Made by a program: the position numbers and the translations under genes. Below, piece by piece: positions 1 to 16,368 of a stretch of 64,000 bases of DNA. Under the pieces are notes generated by a model. That model did no database searches and was not told where the DNA came from. It saw nothing but the letters and a program-made list of their open reading frames with translations. Source of the stretch: an uncultured delta proteobacterium. GTDB taxonomy: Bacteria; Myxococcota; Kuafuiibacteriia; Kuafuiibacteriales; Kuafuiibacteriaceae. The stretch lies in contig CAWDML010000009.1 of assembly GCA_963803435.1 (NCBI GenBank), positions 1,056,001-1,120,000 of the forward strand, in the 5' to 3' direction. Positions within the stretch are counted from its first letter, which is position 1, and every line of letters starts with the position of its first letter.

Positions 1-378
<378 letters not shown>

Positions 379-490
379 CGACCCCTGCCAAGGGGACAGA
401 TCCTCCCTAGAACGTGGCTGAGCCTTCGGACCCTGTGGGCGGCGCCACGCCGCCCGGTACTGCGCCGCGCCGATCCCCGGCTCGAGCACG

Positions 491-2137
<1,647 letters not shown>

Positions 2138-2198
2138 ACCATTCGACGCGCATACCCTATTGACGCAGTGCGTCCCATTGGGTAGCGGGGAAGAAGAA

Positions 2199-2228
2199 GT
2201 GACGGTCCAACGTAGCCCGTGGTACGCT
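2199..2228 (+). promoter_or_regulatory. Possible sigma70-type promoter (extended -10)
   Basis: GTGACG-N18-TACGCT with TG one base before the -10, about 30 nt upstream of ATG 2261. Confidence 0.35.
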
Positions 2229-2260
2229 GCTGTGGCTCAACCGCGGAAGATTGAGGTCAG

Positions 2261-2746
2261 ATGAAACCCGGCAACATCAAGACGGACGTGGGGCATGCGC
2301 CCCTCGTCGACCGTGCTCGGCAAGTCGAAGAGGCCCCGAAGGTCGAACCGAGGGTGGAGCTCGAAGTCCCACTCGACGGTCGGAGTCAGCTCCCCGAATC
2401 TCCGAGCTCGCGCGCGGACAGCTCGGGGGAGAGCGCCCTCGTCCAGGCGCACATTCGGGCCCGCCAAGACGAGACCCGCAAGGGCAAGCGACAGAAGTTC
2501 CTCAAGGTTGCCGAGGCCAAGACACTCGCGAAAGCAGCGAAGGCTGCGTTCAAGGCGCTGGCAGATCTTCTGACGAGAGCCGCCACCATTCTCGGCAGGC
2601 TGCGGAAGAAGTTGCTCGATGATGACGAGGACGAGGGCGAGCAGCAGCGACGGCGCCGTCATCATGAAGAGGCGATCGAGGACGTCCAGGACGCCAAGAT
2701 CGAGCCGAGCGAAGTTCCCAGAGGTCTCAAGCCGCTCACCACCTGA
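2261..2746 (+). CDS. Hypothetical protein (charged, partly disordered)
   Basis: ATG preceded by GAGG; GC3-biased codons; fills the gap between genes; no family recognised. Confidence 0.65.
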   Translation: MKPGNIKTDVGHAPLVDRARQVEEAPKVEPRVELEVPLDGRSQLPESPSSRADSSGESALVQAHIRARQDETRKGKRQKFLKVAEAKTLAKAAKAAFKALADLLTRAATILGRLRKKLLDDDEDEGEQQRRRRHHEEAIEDVQDAKIEPSEVPRGLKPLTT

Positions 2747-2771
2747 TCCCTGAGCAGCGGGAGGCCCTCGA

Positions 2772-3203
2772 ATGACAACCCACATGGACACCGAAGCCTT
2801 CATGACGAAGGCCGAAGAAGCCGAGACCTACGACGAAGCCTTGTCGCTGGTGAGCGAAGCCATCGCGGCCCAGCTCCTCGAGGCGATGAAGGCCGCCCGT
2901 GTTCCGAAGGCGGAGAAGGCCGTCGAGTCGCTCCGCGCCTCGGGGCTCGATCGCCTGCTGGTCGAGGCCTGGGCCCGCGGCAAGATCACCTACAAGATGG
3001 TGGATGCGCACCTCAATCGGCTTCGCGGCGACATCAAGACCCGCGACCGCGCCGAGGTGGTGAAGCAAGGGATCCTGGCCTTCGACGGCGCCGCCCAGCG
3101 ACTGGCCCTGGTCGCCGGCCGGAACGGTCCGTTTGCCTATCCCCTCCGCAACAATCACGCCCGCGATTCGCTCATCACCTTCGCCCGGGCGCTCCATCGC
3201 TAA
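2772..3203 (+). CDS. Hypothetical alpha-helical protein
   Basis: GGAGG upstream of ATG; host-like codon usage; no family recognised. Confidence 0.75.
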   Translation: MTTHMDTEAFMTKAEEAETYDEALSLVSEAIAAQLLEAMKAARVPKAEKAVESLRASGLDRLLVEAWARGKITYKMVDAHLNRLRGDIKTRDRAEVVKQGILAFDGAAQRLALVAGRNGPFAYPLRNNHARDSLITFARALHR

Positions 3204-3231
3204 AACACGACCCTGTGTTAGCCTGAAGTCC

Positions 3232-4347
3232 GTGAGTCAGCGGATCGAGACGGACCACGCGCGCTTCAAGGCGATCGTCCGCGGGAAGATCAAGCAGAAC
3301 CTTCGGAAGTACATCCAGAAGGGCGAGATGATCGGCAAGCAGGGGAAGGACGTGGTCTCCATCCCGGTGCCGTCGATCGAGCTGCCCAAGTTCCGGTTCG
3401 GCCACAAGGACACCGGGGGTACCGGCCAGGGCGAGGGCGAGGTCGGCGATGTCCTCCAGCCGGGTCAGGTCGAGCCGGGGCAGGGCGAAGGCGCTGGGGA
3501 GTCGCCCGGCGAGCACATGCTCGAGGTCGACGTGACGATGGAGGAGCTCGCCGAGATGCTCGGCGAGGAGCTGGCGCTCCCGCGCATCGAGCCAAAGGGC
3601 AAGGAGCAGATCGAGGACATCAAGTACCGCTACACCGGCGTGAACACGAGCGGGCCTGAATCGCTCAGGCACTTCAAGCGGACCTTCAAGCAGGCGCTTC
3701 GCCGCACCATCGCCTCGGGCAAGTACGATCCGACGAACCCGATGGTCATTCCAACCCGACAGGACAAGCGCTACCGCACCTGGAAGGAGATCATCGAGCC
3801 TCAGTCGAACGCCGTCATTCTCTACATGATGGACGTGTCCGGCTCGATGGGTGACGAGCAGAAGGAGATCGTCCGGATCGAGTCCTTCTGGATCGATACC
3901 TGGCTTCGTTCCCAGTACAAGGGCATCGAGGCCCGGTACATCATTCACGACGCGATGGCGAAGGAGGTCGATCGCGAGACCTTCTTCCACACGCGCGAGT
4001 CCGGCGGCACCATGATCTCGTCCGCCTACAAGCTGTGCTGGAAGATCGTGGAGGAGGACTATCCGCCGTCGCAGTGGAACATCTATCCCTTCCACTTCTC
4101 GGACGGCGACAACTGGTCGGCGGATGACACCAACCAGTGCATCAACATCCTCAGGGACAGCGTGCTCCCGGCCGTCAACATGTTCTGCTACGGGCAGGTC
4201 GAGTCACCGTACGGCAGCGGCCAGTTCATCAAGGACCTCCGTGAGGCGTTCCCGAGCCCGCGGGAGGACCTGGTGGTCACCAGCGAGATCAAGGACAAGG
4301 AGGCGATCTACAACTCCATCCGCGACTTCCTCGGCCAGGGGTACTGA
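3232..4347 (+). CDS. yeaH: YeaH/YhbH (DUF444) family vWA-like protein
   Basis: Likely GTG start at 3232 ([20 protein letters not shown]); [13 protein letters not shown] and [11 protein letters not shown] motifs. Confidence 0.92.
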   Translation: MSQRIETDHARFKAIVRGKIKQNLRKYIQKGEMIGKQGKDVVSIPVPSIELPKFRFGHKDTGGTGQGEGEVGDVLQPGQVEPGQGEGAGESPGEHMLEVDVTMEELAEMLGEELALPRIEPKGKEQIEDIKYRYTGVNTSGPESLRHFKRTFKQALRRTIASGKYDPTNPMVIPTRQDKRYRTWKEIIEPQSNAVILYMMDVSGSMGDEQKEIVRIESFWIDTWLRSQYKGIEARYIIHDAMAKEVDRETFFHTRESGGTMISSAYKLCWKIVEEDYPPSQWNIYPFHFSDGDNWSADDTNQCINILRDSVLPAVNMFCYGQVESPYGSGQFIKDLREAFPSPREDLVVTSEIKDKEAIYNSIRDFLGQGY

Positions 4348-4358
4348 GCCCGGGCGCG

Positions 4359-7166
4359 GTGGTCGGCCTCTCGTCCACGGTCATCGATCGGATCCGGCGA
4401 CGCCTCGCGGACGGCCGAGCGGAGCTGGTGGCGCTCGCCGCGCGACTCTCGCCGAACGACGGGCTCGAGCTGGCCCAGAAGACCACGCGCCTGGCAGACG
4501 AGATCGTGGCGTCGCTGGTGCGCGCGGCGCAGGAGCAGCTCGGCAGCCCCGAGGGCTTGGCCCGAGCGGGCCCCGCGGTGACGGTGGTGGCGCTCGGCGG
4601 CTACGGCCGGGCCGAGCTGTGTCCGTACTCCGATCTCGATCTGCTGTTCCTCGTCGGCGACTCCGCGACGCCCTCGGTGCGTGCGCACGTCGACGCCGTC
4701 CTGTACGGCCTCTGGGATCTCCGCTTCGAGGTGGGTCACGCGGTCCGGACGATCGCCGAGACCATGGAGATCGCGACCACCGACCAGTCGGTGATGACCG
4801 CGCTGCTCGACGCGCGTCCCATCGCGATCGGCGACGGCGAGGACGAGGCAAGAAACGCGCTCTTCGAGGCGCTGGCGGCTGCGCTGGAGAACGAGCTGTT
4901 CGCGGGCCAGCGCTCCGCGACGTTGATCCGGCAGAAGCTCGAGGAGGCCGAACGCCGGCGCAGCCGCTTCGGCAACTCGGTTTATCTGCTCGAGCCCAAC
5001 GTCAAGGAGAGCGAGGGCGGGCTTCGCGAGCTCCATACGGCCATGTGGATCGCACAGGCCCGCTGGCGCGTGAAGGCGTTCCGAGACCTCTTACACATCG
5101 GCGTGCTCTCACCGCGTGAGGAGCGCGCGATCGAGCGGGCGTTCGGCTTCCTCCTCCGGGTGCGCGCCGAGCTGCACCTCCTGGCGGGGCGGCGGCAGGA
5201 CAGCCTCAGCTTCCAGCACCAGGAGGCGATCGCCGAGAAGCTCGGCTTCACCAAACGCCCCGAGGATCCGGCCGGACGCAAGGCCGGCGTCGAGCGCTTC
5301 ATGCGGGCCTATTACTTCAGCGCGCGGCAGCTCCGGATCCAGTCCCAGTCGATCGTCGAACGCGCCACCTCTCACCACGTGCGGCGCGCGGTGCAGCTGA
5401 GCGCGCCGGGCGGCTTCAAGCTCTGGCAAGGGATGCTCACGGTCGCCAAGCGCTCGCACTTCGAAGAGGACCCCACCGCCCTGGTCCGGATCTTCAAGGT
5501 GGCTCAGGAGGAGTCGCTCGAGATCTACAGCTACACGAAGGACCTGGTCTCGACCTCGAATCGGCTGCTCGACGCGCGCGTCCGGCGCGATCCCCGGGTG
5601 GTGGGCGCGTTCCTGGAGATGCTGGAGGATCCCAAGGCCGACGGCGCGATGCTGGATCTGATGCACGATCTCGGGATCCTGCGGCGGTTGATCCCGGAGG
5701 TGTCACGCATGACGGCACGCTGGCAGCACTCGCTGTATCACGTGTACACCGTCGACGCGCACTCGATCTTCGTCGTGAAGAAGCTGAAGCGCCTGCGCGC
5801 GGGCGGCTTCTCGGAGACCGAGCAGGAGCAGGAGATGACGCGGCTCATGAGCGAGCTGCCGCGCCCCGAGGTCCTGTACATGGCCGCATTCCTCCACGAC
5901 GTCGGCAAGGGCTGGCGTCAAGGCGATCATTCGGAGCGCGGGGCCTGGGTGGCGCGGACGGTGGGCGGGCGCTTCGAGGCGGCGGCGCTCCCGGTCTGGC
6001 GGCGCGAGGAGACCGAGGATCTCTCGTGGCTGGTGAAGGAGCACCTGACGATGTCGACCATGTCGCAGCGGCGCGACGTCGGGGATCGGGCGCTGCTCGA
6101 GACCTTCGCGGATGACGTACGGACCGTCGAGCGGCTGACCATGCTCTACCTGCTGACCTTCGCAGACATGCGCGGGACGTCGCCGAAGGTCTGGACCGAG
6201 TGGAAAGGCTCGCTCCTCTCGCAGCTCTACCACAACACGCGCGCCGTGCTCGAGTCCGATCGCCGCGGGGACGCGGCGGCGGAGGGGCACGAGCTGGCGA
6301 GGCGGAAGCGTGCCGAGTCGGAGCTGAGGGCGCTCGCGGTCTCGCCGACGACGGCTCGTGAGTTCACGCACCGGACCCCCACGCGCTACATCATGAGCTT
6401 TCTCCCGCAAAAGATGGCCCGCCACGTCTCCATGTGGCTCGACGTCTCTCTGCGCGGCGGGTTCGCGATCCGCGTCAGCCACAAGCGCCGCGACGACGTC
6501 ACCGAGCTGACGATCGCTTGCCCGGATCGACCGCGCCTCCTGGCCTCGCTCGCCGGCGCCCTGGCGGCGAACAGCCTCCAGATCCTGTCCGCGCAGGTGT
6601 TCTCGGTGGACGCGCTTCCGGAGCGATTCCACGACGACAGCGGCTCGACCGCGGCCTCCGACTACGAGCTGATCGGCGAGGGCGCGCGCTGGTTGGGAAA
6701 GATCGCCCTCGACGTGCTCTACGTGAAGGACGCCGACGGCCGCATCTGCGACGACCCGGGCCGCTGGGATCACGTCCGGCGCGATCTCGAGAGCGTCTTC
6801 CAGGGCGGTGCCGACGTGGAGGCCCTCATCGACGCCCGCGTTCGCGGCTCGACCCTGGCCCAGAAGCATCGGCCCGAGGTCGAGACCAAGCTGGTGATCG
6901 TGAACGACGCCAGCGCCACCGAGACCGTGATCGACGTGTTCTGCCAGGACCACCTGGGCGCCCTCCACACCATCGCCAAGGCGCTCTCCGACCAGGGGCT
7001 CTCGATCTCGCTGGCGAAGATCTCGACCGAGGGCAACCGCATCGCCGACGGCTTCTACGTCACCGATGCGGCGACCGGGGCGAAGATCGAGGATCCGGCG
7101 CGCTTCGAGGCGATCAAGGTCGCGGTGAAGGGTGCGATCGATCAGGCTGTGGGGAGCAGACGATAG
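4359..7166 (+). CDS. glnD: [Protein-PII] uridylyltransferase/uridylyl-removing enzyme
   Basis: ALGGYGRAELCPYSDLDLL nucleotidyltransferase motif, EPNVKESEGGLR, HD domain (YHVYTVDAH, LHDVGKG), two C-terminal ACT domains. Confidence 0.95.
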   Translation: MVGLSSTVIDRIRRRLADGRAELVALAARLSPNDGLELAQKTTRLADEIVASLVRAAQEQLGSPEGLARAGPAVTVVALGGYGRAELCPYSDLDLLFLVGDSATPSVRAHVDAVLYGLWDLRFEVGHAVRTIAETMEIATTDQSVMTALLDARPIAIGDGEDEARNALFEALAAALENELFAGQRSATLIRQKLEEAERRRSRFGNSVYLLEPNVKESEGGLRELHTAMWIAQARWRVKAFRDLLHIGVLSPREERAIERAFGFLLRVRAELHLLAGRRQDSLSFQHQEAIAEKLGFTKRPEDPAGRKAGVERFMRAYYFSARQLRIQSQSIVERATSHHVRRAVQLSAPGGFKLWQGMLTVAKRSHFEEDPTALVRIFKVAQEESLEIYSYTKDLVSTSNRLLDARVRRDPRVVGAFLEMLEDPKADGAMLDLMHDLGILRRLIPEVSRMTARWQHSLYHVYTVDAHSIFVVKKLKRLRAGGFSETEQEQEMTRLMSELPRPEVLYMAAFLHDVGKGWRQGDHSERGAWVARTVGGRFEAAALPVWRREETEDLSWLVKEHLTMSTMSQRRDVGDRALLETFADDVRTVERLTMLYLLTFADMRGTSPKVWTEWKGSLLSQLYHNTRAVLESDRRGDAAAEGHELARRKRAESELRALAVSPTTAREFTHRTPTRYIMSFLPQKMARHVSMWLDVSLRGGFAIRVSHKRRDDVTELTIACPDRPRLLASLAGALAANSLQILSAQVFSVDALPERFHDDSGSTAASDYELIGEGARWLGKIALDVLYVKDADGRICDDPGRWDHVRRDLESVFQGGADVEALIDARVRGSTLAQKHRPEVETKLVIVNDASATETVIDVFCQDHLGALHTIAKALSDQGLSISLAKISTEGNRIADGFYVTDAATGAKIEDPARFEAIKVAVKGAIDQAVGSRR

Positions 7167-7167
7167 C

Positions 7168-8676
7168 TCAATTCGAGAAGCCCTCGAGCGCGTAGTGCGC
7201 CTCGATCCGCTTGAGGGCCAGGATCATCGCGGCCAGGCGGGGCGGCACCTTCTTCCCGACCAGGAAGGGCCGGCTGTCGTAGTGCTCGGTCACGTTCTTC
7301 CGATCGGCGGCGATGTCGCGGATCAGCGCGTAGTTCGTCTTCACGGCCAGGGCGAGGCGGGTGTTCACCTCGTTCTTGGTCCAGTGCTCCATGCGCTTGT
7401 TCTGGATCCACTCGTAGTAGGAGACCGTCACGCCGCCGGCGTTGCCGATCACGTCGGGGACCAGGTCGATCCCTCGTTTCTCGAGCACGGCGTCGCCGTC
7501 GGAGGTGGTGGGGTGGTTGGCGCCCTCGGCGACCAGGCCCACTCGGAGGAGCTCGGCCACGCGCGCGTCGATCTCGTTGCCGAGCGCGGCGGGGATCAGG
7601 ACGTCGGCCTCGACGCGCCAGAAGTCGTCCTTCGAGATCGCCTCGGCGTGAGGGTAGCCGGCGACCGAGCGCTTCAGGTTCTTCGGGTTGCGGTGCACGT
7701 ACTGGGTGAGCTCGGCGATGTCGATGCCGTCGGGGTTGAAGATGGTGCCGTCGGCGTCGTTCACCGCGACCACGATCGCGCCCATCTCGCTGAGGATGGC
7801 GGCGGCGTTCGATCCCACGTTGCCGAAGCCCTGGAGCGTCAGGCGTGCCCCCCGGAGGCTCTTCTTCTTCTCGGTGAACCAGTCCTCGATGCAGTACGCG
7901 AGGCCCTGGCCTGTCGCCTCGGCGCGACCCTCGGAGCCGCCGATCCGCGGATCCTTGCCGGTGACCACACCGCGGAGCTTGTGCGGCTCGTCCTCGCCGT
8001 CGGTGTACTGGCGCAGCATCCAGGCCATCACCTCGGGGTTGGTGCCGACATCGGGCGCGGGGATGTCGAGGTTCGGGCCGATCACCCGCTTCACCTTGTA
8101 GACGTAGCGCAGCGTGACCTGCTCGAGCTCGACCCGGCTATGAAGGCGCGGATCGATCCGGATCCCGCCCTTGGCGCCGCCGAACGGGACGTTTGCGATC
8201 GCGGTCTTCCAGGTCATCTCGGACGCCAAGATCTTGAAGAGATCGAGCGAGACGTCCTGGTGATAGCGAACGCCCCCCTTGTAGGGCCCGCGGGCCTGGT
8301 TGTGCTGGATTCGATACGCCTTGAAGCGCTCGGTCTTGCCCTGGTGGATCTCGAACAGCCCCATGCCGGCGATGCGGATGACGCCGTTCTGGGTGGACAC
8401 CGAACCGGTGCGCAACGCGCTCGGCTCGAGGATGCAGCAGCCGTCGTAGAGCGGGACCGTGGTGCCGGGCTCGATGCGAGACTCGGGCAGATTCGCGTAG
8501 CGGTCCTCCTGGTCCTTGGGGACGCGGACCAGGCGATCCTGGAGCCGCGCGGTCACGTAGAAGATGTGCTCGTAGTCGGGCTCTTCCAGCTCGAGGCGTA
8601 CCCGATGATCGAGCGCGATCAGGTCGGCCGCCTGATGAAAGATCTTCATCGCGTCCTGATAGATGGACATGGCCAA
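7168..8676 (-). CDS. gdhA: Glu/Leu/Phe/Val dehydrogenase (glutamate dehydrogenase) with N-terminal insertion
   Basis: RGPYKGG, MTWK, PFGGAKGG, DIPAPDVGT, QGFGNVG, EGANHP and NAGGVTVSYYEW motifs. Confidence 0.93.
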   Translation of the reverse strand: MAMSIYQDAMKIFHQAADLIALDHRVRLELEEPDYEHIFYVTARLQDRLVRVPKDQEDRYANLPESRIEPGTTVPLYDGCCILEPSALRTGSVSTQNGVIRIAGMGLFEIHQGKTERFKAYRIQHNQARGPYKGGVRYHQDVSLDLFKILASEMTWKTAIANVPFGGAKGGIRIDPRLHSRVELEQVTLRYVYKVKRVIGPNLDIPAPDVGTNPEVMAWMLRQYTDGEDEPHKLRGVVTGKDPRIGGSEGRAEATGQGLAYCIEDWFTEKKKSLRGARLTLQGFGNVGSNAAAILSEMGAIVVAVNDADGTIFNPDGIDIAELTQYVHRNPKNLKRSVAGYPHAEAISKDDFWRVEADVLIPAALGNEIDARVAELLRVGLVAEGANHPTTSDGDAVLEKRGIDLVPDVIGNAGGVTVSYYEWIQNKRMEHWTKNEVNTRLALAVKTNYALIRDIAADRKNVTEHYDSRPFLVGKKVPPRLAAMILALKRIEAHYALEGFSN

Positions 8677-8682
8677 CGGCTA

Positions 8683-9549
8683 TCACTTGCGACGGCGGGG
8701 ACGAACTCTCTTCTTCTTGTGACGGTGCGGGCGTCGATCCGCAGGCGCACCCTCGAGACGCGCCGCTTCGAGGTACCCGACGGTGCCCTTCTCGGAGACC
8801 GCCAGCACCCAACCCTCGGGCGCGGGGAAGTCCGTGTAGACCGTCACCTGGGAGCGGGCGCGCAGATGGGCGGCCGCGTTGTAGCGGATGTCCGGACGGA
8901 CGTAGAGCACCGCGCGGACCGGGAGCTCGCGGAGGACCGGCTCCGGAGCGGGCGCGGGCGGGGGCTCGGGCGTGCGCTCGACGGCCGGAGCGGGCGGCGT
9001 GACCGGTTGGAGGTCGGGCATGGGCGTCACGGGGGGCGCGGCGGGCTCGGCGATCGCAGTGGAGATCGGCGAGATGGCGACCGGACCGTGAGCGGCGCTG
9101 TTGAGCGCCAGGAGGAGGCCGACCAGGAAGGCTGCGCCCAGGTACGGCGCCGCGACCCACATGAGCTGCTTGCGCCGCGGCAGGGACTCGAACCGACGCA
9201 GCGCGCTGCGGCTGGAGTCGTGGAGGACCACGACCGCGTCCTTGAGGTCGTTGGACATCCGGCGCGCCATGGCCCCGACCTTCCAGAGCGTGTCGCCGCG
9301 GGCCCGAACGATCTCCGCGACCACCGAGTCTTCATTGCGGACGCGCGGGGCGAGATCGGGGCGCAGCTGGGTGGGCTCGTTCGGACGGGGTTCGCCCATC
9401 CCATCGATCGACTCCCAGGATCGCTTCGATCCTTCGGGGCCGAAGGGCCAGGGCACGCGCTCGGTCTCCTTGGGCACCAGGGAGAGGTGAGGGGGCGCGC
9501 TGCGCGATGTGGGTCGCTCGCTCCCCTGATCCTTCCACGGCCGAGCCAT
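8683..9549 (-). CDS. Single-pass membrane protein with Pro-rich linker and C-terminal SH3b-like domain
   Basis: TM WVAAPYLGAAFLVGLLLAL; Pro-rich linker; LYVRPD...SQVTV...EGWVLAVSEKGTVGYL fits a bacterial SH3 pattern. Start uncertain. Confidence 0.65.
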   Translation of the reverse strand: MARPWKDQGSERPTSRSAPPHLSLVPKETERVPWPFGPEGSKRSWESIDGMGEPRPNEPTQLRPDLAPRVRNEDSVVAEIVRARGDTLWKVGAMARRMSNDLKDAVVVLHDSSRSALRRFESLPRRKQLMWVAAPYLGAAFLVGLLLALNSAAHGPVAISPISTAIAEPAAPPVTPMPDLQPVTPPAPAVERTPEPPPAPAPEPVLRELPVRAVLYVRPDIRYNAAAHLRARSQVTVYTDFPAPEGWVLAVSEKGTVGYLEAARLEGAPADRRPHRHKKKRVRPRRRK

Positions 9550-9642
9550 CCCGGGGCAGTTGGTCAGCAAGGGCCGATCCCAGTGGAAAGCCTGACCATT
9601 CCCTGCCCACTTGGGGGTCGAGAGTCGCCGATGTTGGAGTGT

Positions 9643-11835
<2,193 letters not shown>

Positions 11836-11891
11836 TCGCGAATGGTATGACCGTCCCGCGCCAATGTCTCCCCGTGGTATGACGGTGGCCG

Positions 11892-13868
11892 GTGCAGGTC
11901 GCGCGCGACGGTGCTCACTCGGATCGGCCGACGATCCGCGACGTGCTCGGGCCTGGAGGCCTCTTGGCTCGAGTGCTCCCCAGCTTCGAGCATCGCGACG
12001 CGCAAATCTCGATGGCCGAGGCGATCGGCGACCGGATCGCGCGGGGCGAGACCGCCGTGATCGAGGCGCCCACCGGGGTTGGCAAGACGCTCGCCTACCT
12101 GGTCCCGGCGCTGCTCTCGCACAAGCGTGTGGTCGTCTCGACGAACACGAAGAACCTTCAGGATCAGATCGTCGAGAAGGATCTCCCGATGGTGGCCCGG
12201 GCGCTGGCGGAGGCGGGGATCCGTCTGATCCGCGGAGACGACGAGGACGGAGACCGCCGCTTCGCGCTGATGAAGGGGAGGGCGAACTATCTCTGCCTCG
12301 ATCGCTTGGACAAGCGGCGCGTGCAGCAGACGTTTGACTTCGAGAACGGCGATCTCCTGGGCGAGATCGCGACATGGTCGAGGTCGACGCCGCGCGGCGA
12401 TCGGGCGGAGCTCACCGGTCTCCCGGAGCGCTCGTCGCTCTGGGACGAGCTCGATGCGCGCTCCGAGCGCTGCACCGGCGCACGCTGCCCGCGGTACGAG
12501 GAGTGCTTCGTGGTCCGGATGCGCCGGGAGGCGGAGGCGGCGGACCTGGTGGTCGTCAATCACCACCTCTTGTTCGCGGACCTGGCGATGAAGGCGCGGG
12601 CCCGCCTCGTCGCGGGCAGGACCTTCGGCGAGGTGATCCCGCGGGCCGACGTCCTGATCCTCGACGAGGCCCATGCGGTGGAGGAGATCGCGGCCGAGTA
12701 CTTCGGAGGCTCCGCCTCGAGCGGCAAGCTCGAGCGGCTCGAGCAGGACCTGCGGGCGCACCCTGCGCTCGCGGTCGAGGCCAATCGCGCGGTGTCGGCC
12801 GCGGGCAAGGTGTTTGGCGCGCTGCCGCGCGACGAGGGTCGGATCCGGATCTCGAACGCGCCGCATCGTGCGATCGACGCGGCACGCCGGCTGCTCCCGG
12901 CGGCCCTCGACGCGCTGGCCGAGCTGGCCGATCAGCTCGGGCGGGCCCAGACGATCGACGCCGAGTCGCTCGCGGATCGGGCGCGCGCGCTCGCCGACGG
13001 CCTGCGCTTCGTCCTGTCGGCCGAGGATCCCGACTACGTCTACTGGATCGAGCGGGACCCGCGCCGTGCGACGCTCGGCGCCTCTCCGATCGAGGTCGGT
13101 CACCTCCTCGAGACCCATCTGTTCGAGCAGTTCGACAGCGCGATCCTCACCAGCGCTACGCTATCGGCGGACCGGGACTGCGGCTACTTTCGCCGAACGA
13201 TCGGCGCTCCAGCGGACGCCCGCGAGCTGCTGCTCGACTCGCCGTTCGACTATGCCTCCCGCGCCGCGCTCTACCTGCCGGCCGACGCGCCCGATCCCTC
13301 CGCCTTCGACGCGGCCGACCGCATCGCTGCGCTCGGCCGCGCCCTGATCGAGCTGGTGGGTGGCGGCGCGCTGTTTCTCTTCACCAGCCATCGCATGATG
13401 CGCTCGGTCCACGCGCGCCTGGCTGGTGTGCTCCCGTACCCCGTCCTGCTCCAGGGCGATCGGCCACGCCATCACCTGCTCGCCGAGTTCATCCAGCGGA
13501 GCCCGGCGGTCTTGTTTGCCACGGCCAGCTTCTGGGAGGGCGTCGACGTGCCCGGCGATCCGCTGAGGCTCGTGTTGATCGATCGCCTCCCGTTCGACCC
13601 ACCGACGGATCCGCTGGTGGTGGCCCGCTCGGAGCGCTGCGCGAGCGAGGGGAAGAACGCGTTCGTGGAGCTTCAGCTCCCGCGGGCGATCCTGCGCCTC
13701 AAGCAGGGCTTCGGGCGCCTACTCCGACATCGCGGGGATCGGGGCGTCGTCGCGATCCTGGATCGCCGGATCAAGACCAAGAGCTACGGCCGCCGCTTTC
13801 TCGACGCGCTGCCCGAGGCGCGCCCGATCCACGACCTGGAGGCGCTCCGAGCGTGGTGGGAAGCGTGA
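11892..13868 (+). CDS. DinG/YoaA-family ATP-dependent DNA helicase
   Basis: APTGVGKT, KGRANYLC, VVVNHHL, DEAH, TSATL, FWEGVD and QGFGRLLR motifs; Cys cluster (RCTGARCPRYEEC). Confidence 0.93.
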   Translation: MQVARDGAHSDRPTIRDVLGPGGLLARVLPSFEHRDAQISMAEAIGDRIARGETAVIEAPTGVGKTLAYLVPALLSHKRVVVSTNTKNLQDQIVEKDLPMVARALAEAGIRLIRGDDEDGDRRFALMKGRANYLCLDRLDKRRVQQTFDFENGDLLGEIATWSRSTPRGDRAELTGLPERSSLWDELDARSERCTGARCPRYEECFVVRMRREAEAADLVVVNHHLLFADLAMKARARLVAGRTFGEVIPRADVLILDEAHAVEEIAAEYFGGSASSGKLERLEQDLRAHPALAVEANRAVSAAGKVFGALPRDEGRIRISNAPHRAIDAARRLLPAALDALAELADQLGRAQTIDAESLADRARALADGLRFVLSAEDPDYVYWIERDPRRATLGASPIEVGHLLETHLFEQFDSAILTSATLSADRDCGYFRRTIGAPADARELLLDSPFDYASRAALYLPADAPDPSAFDAADRIAALGRALIELVGGGALFLFTSHRMMRSVHARLAGVLPYPVLLQGDRPRHHLLAEFIQRSPAVLFATASFWEGVDVPGDPLRLVLIDRLPFDPPTDPLVVARSERCASEGKNAFVELQLPRAILRLKQGFGRLLRHRGDRGVVAILDRRIKTKSYGRRFLDALPEARPIHDLEALRAWWEA

Positions 13869-13953
13869 CGCCGTGCCGCGACCGGTGTGGGCGCAAATCG
13901 CATCGTTGCGTCGATGACGAACCATGGTACGCGGATCGGAGGAGGGGGCTCCG

Positions 13954-16359
<2,406 letters not shown>

Positions 16360-16368
<9 letters not shown>

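Noticed and set aside
414-490. Possible GTG start extending the first kinase if one base is missing near GATC 472
   Set aside because: ATG 491 already gives a complete kinase; there is no homology evidence, so it was not counted among the frameshifts.
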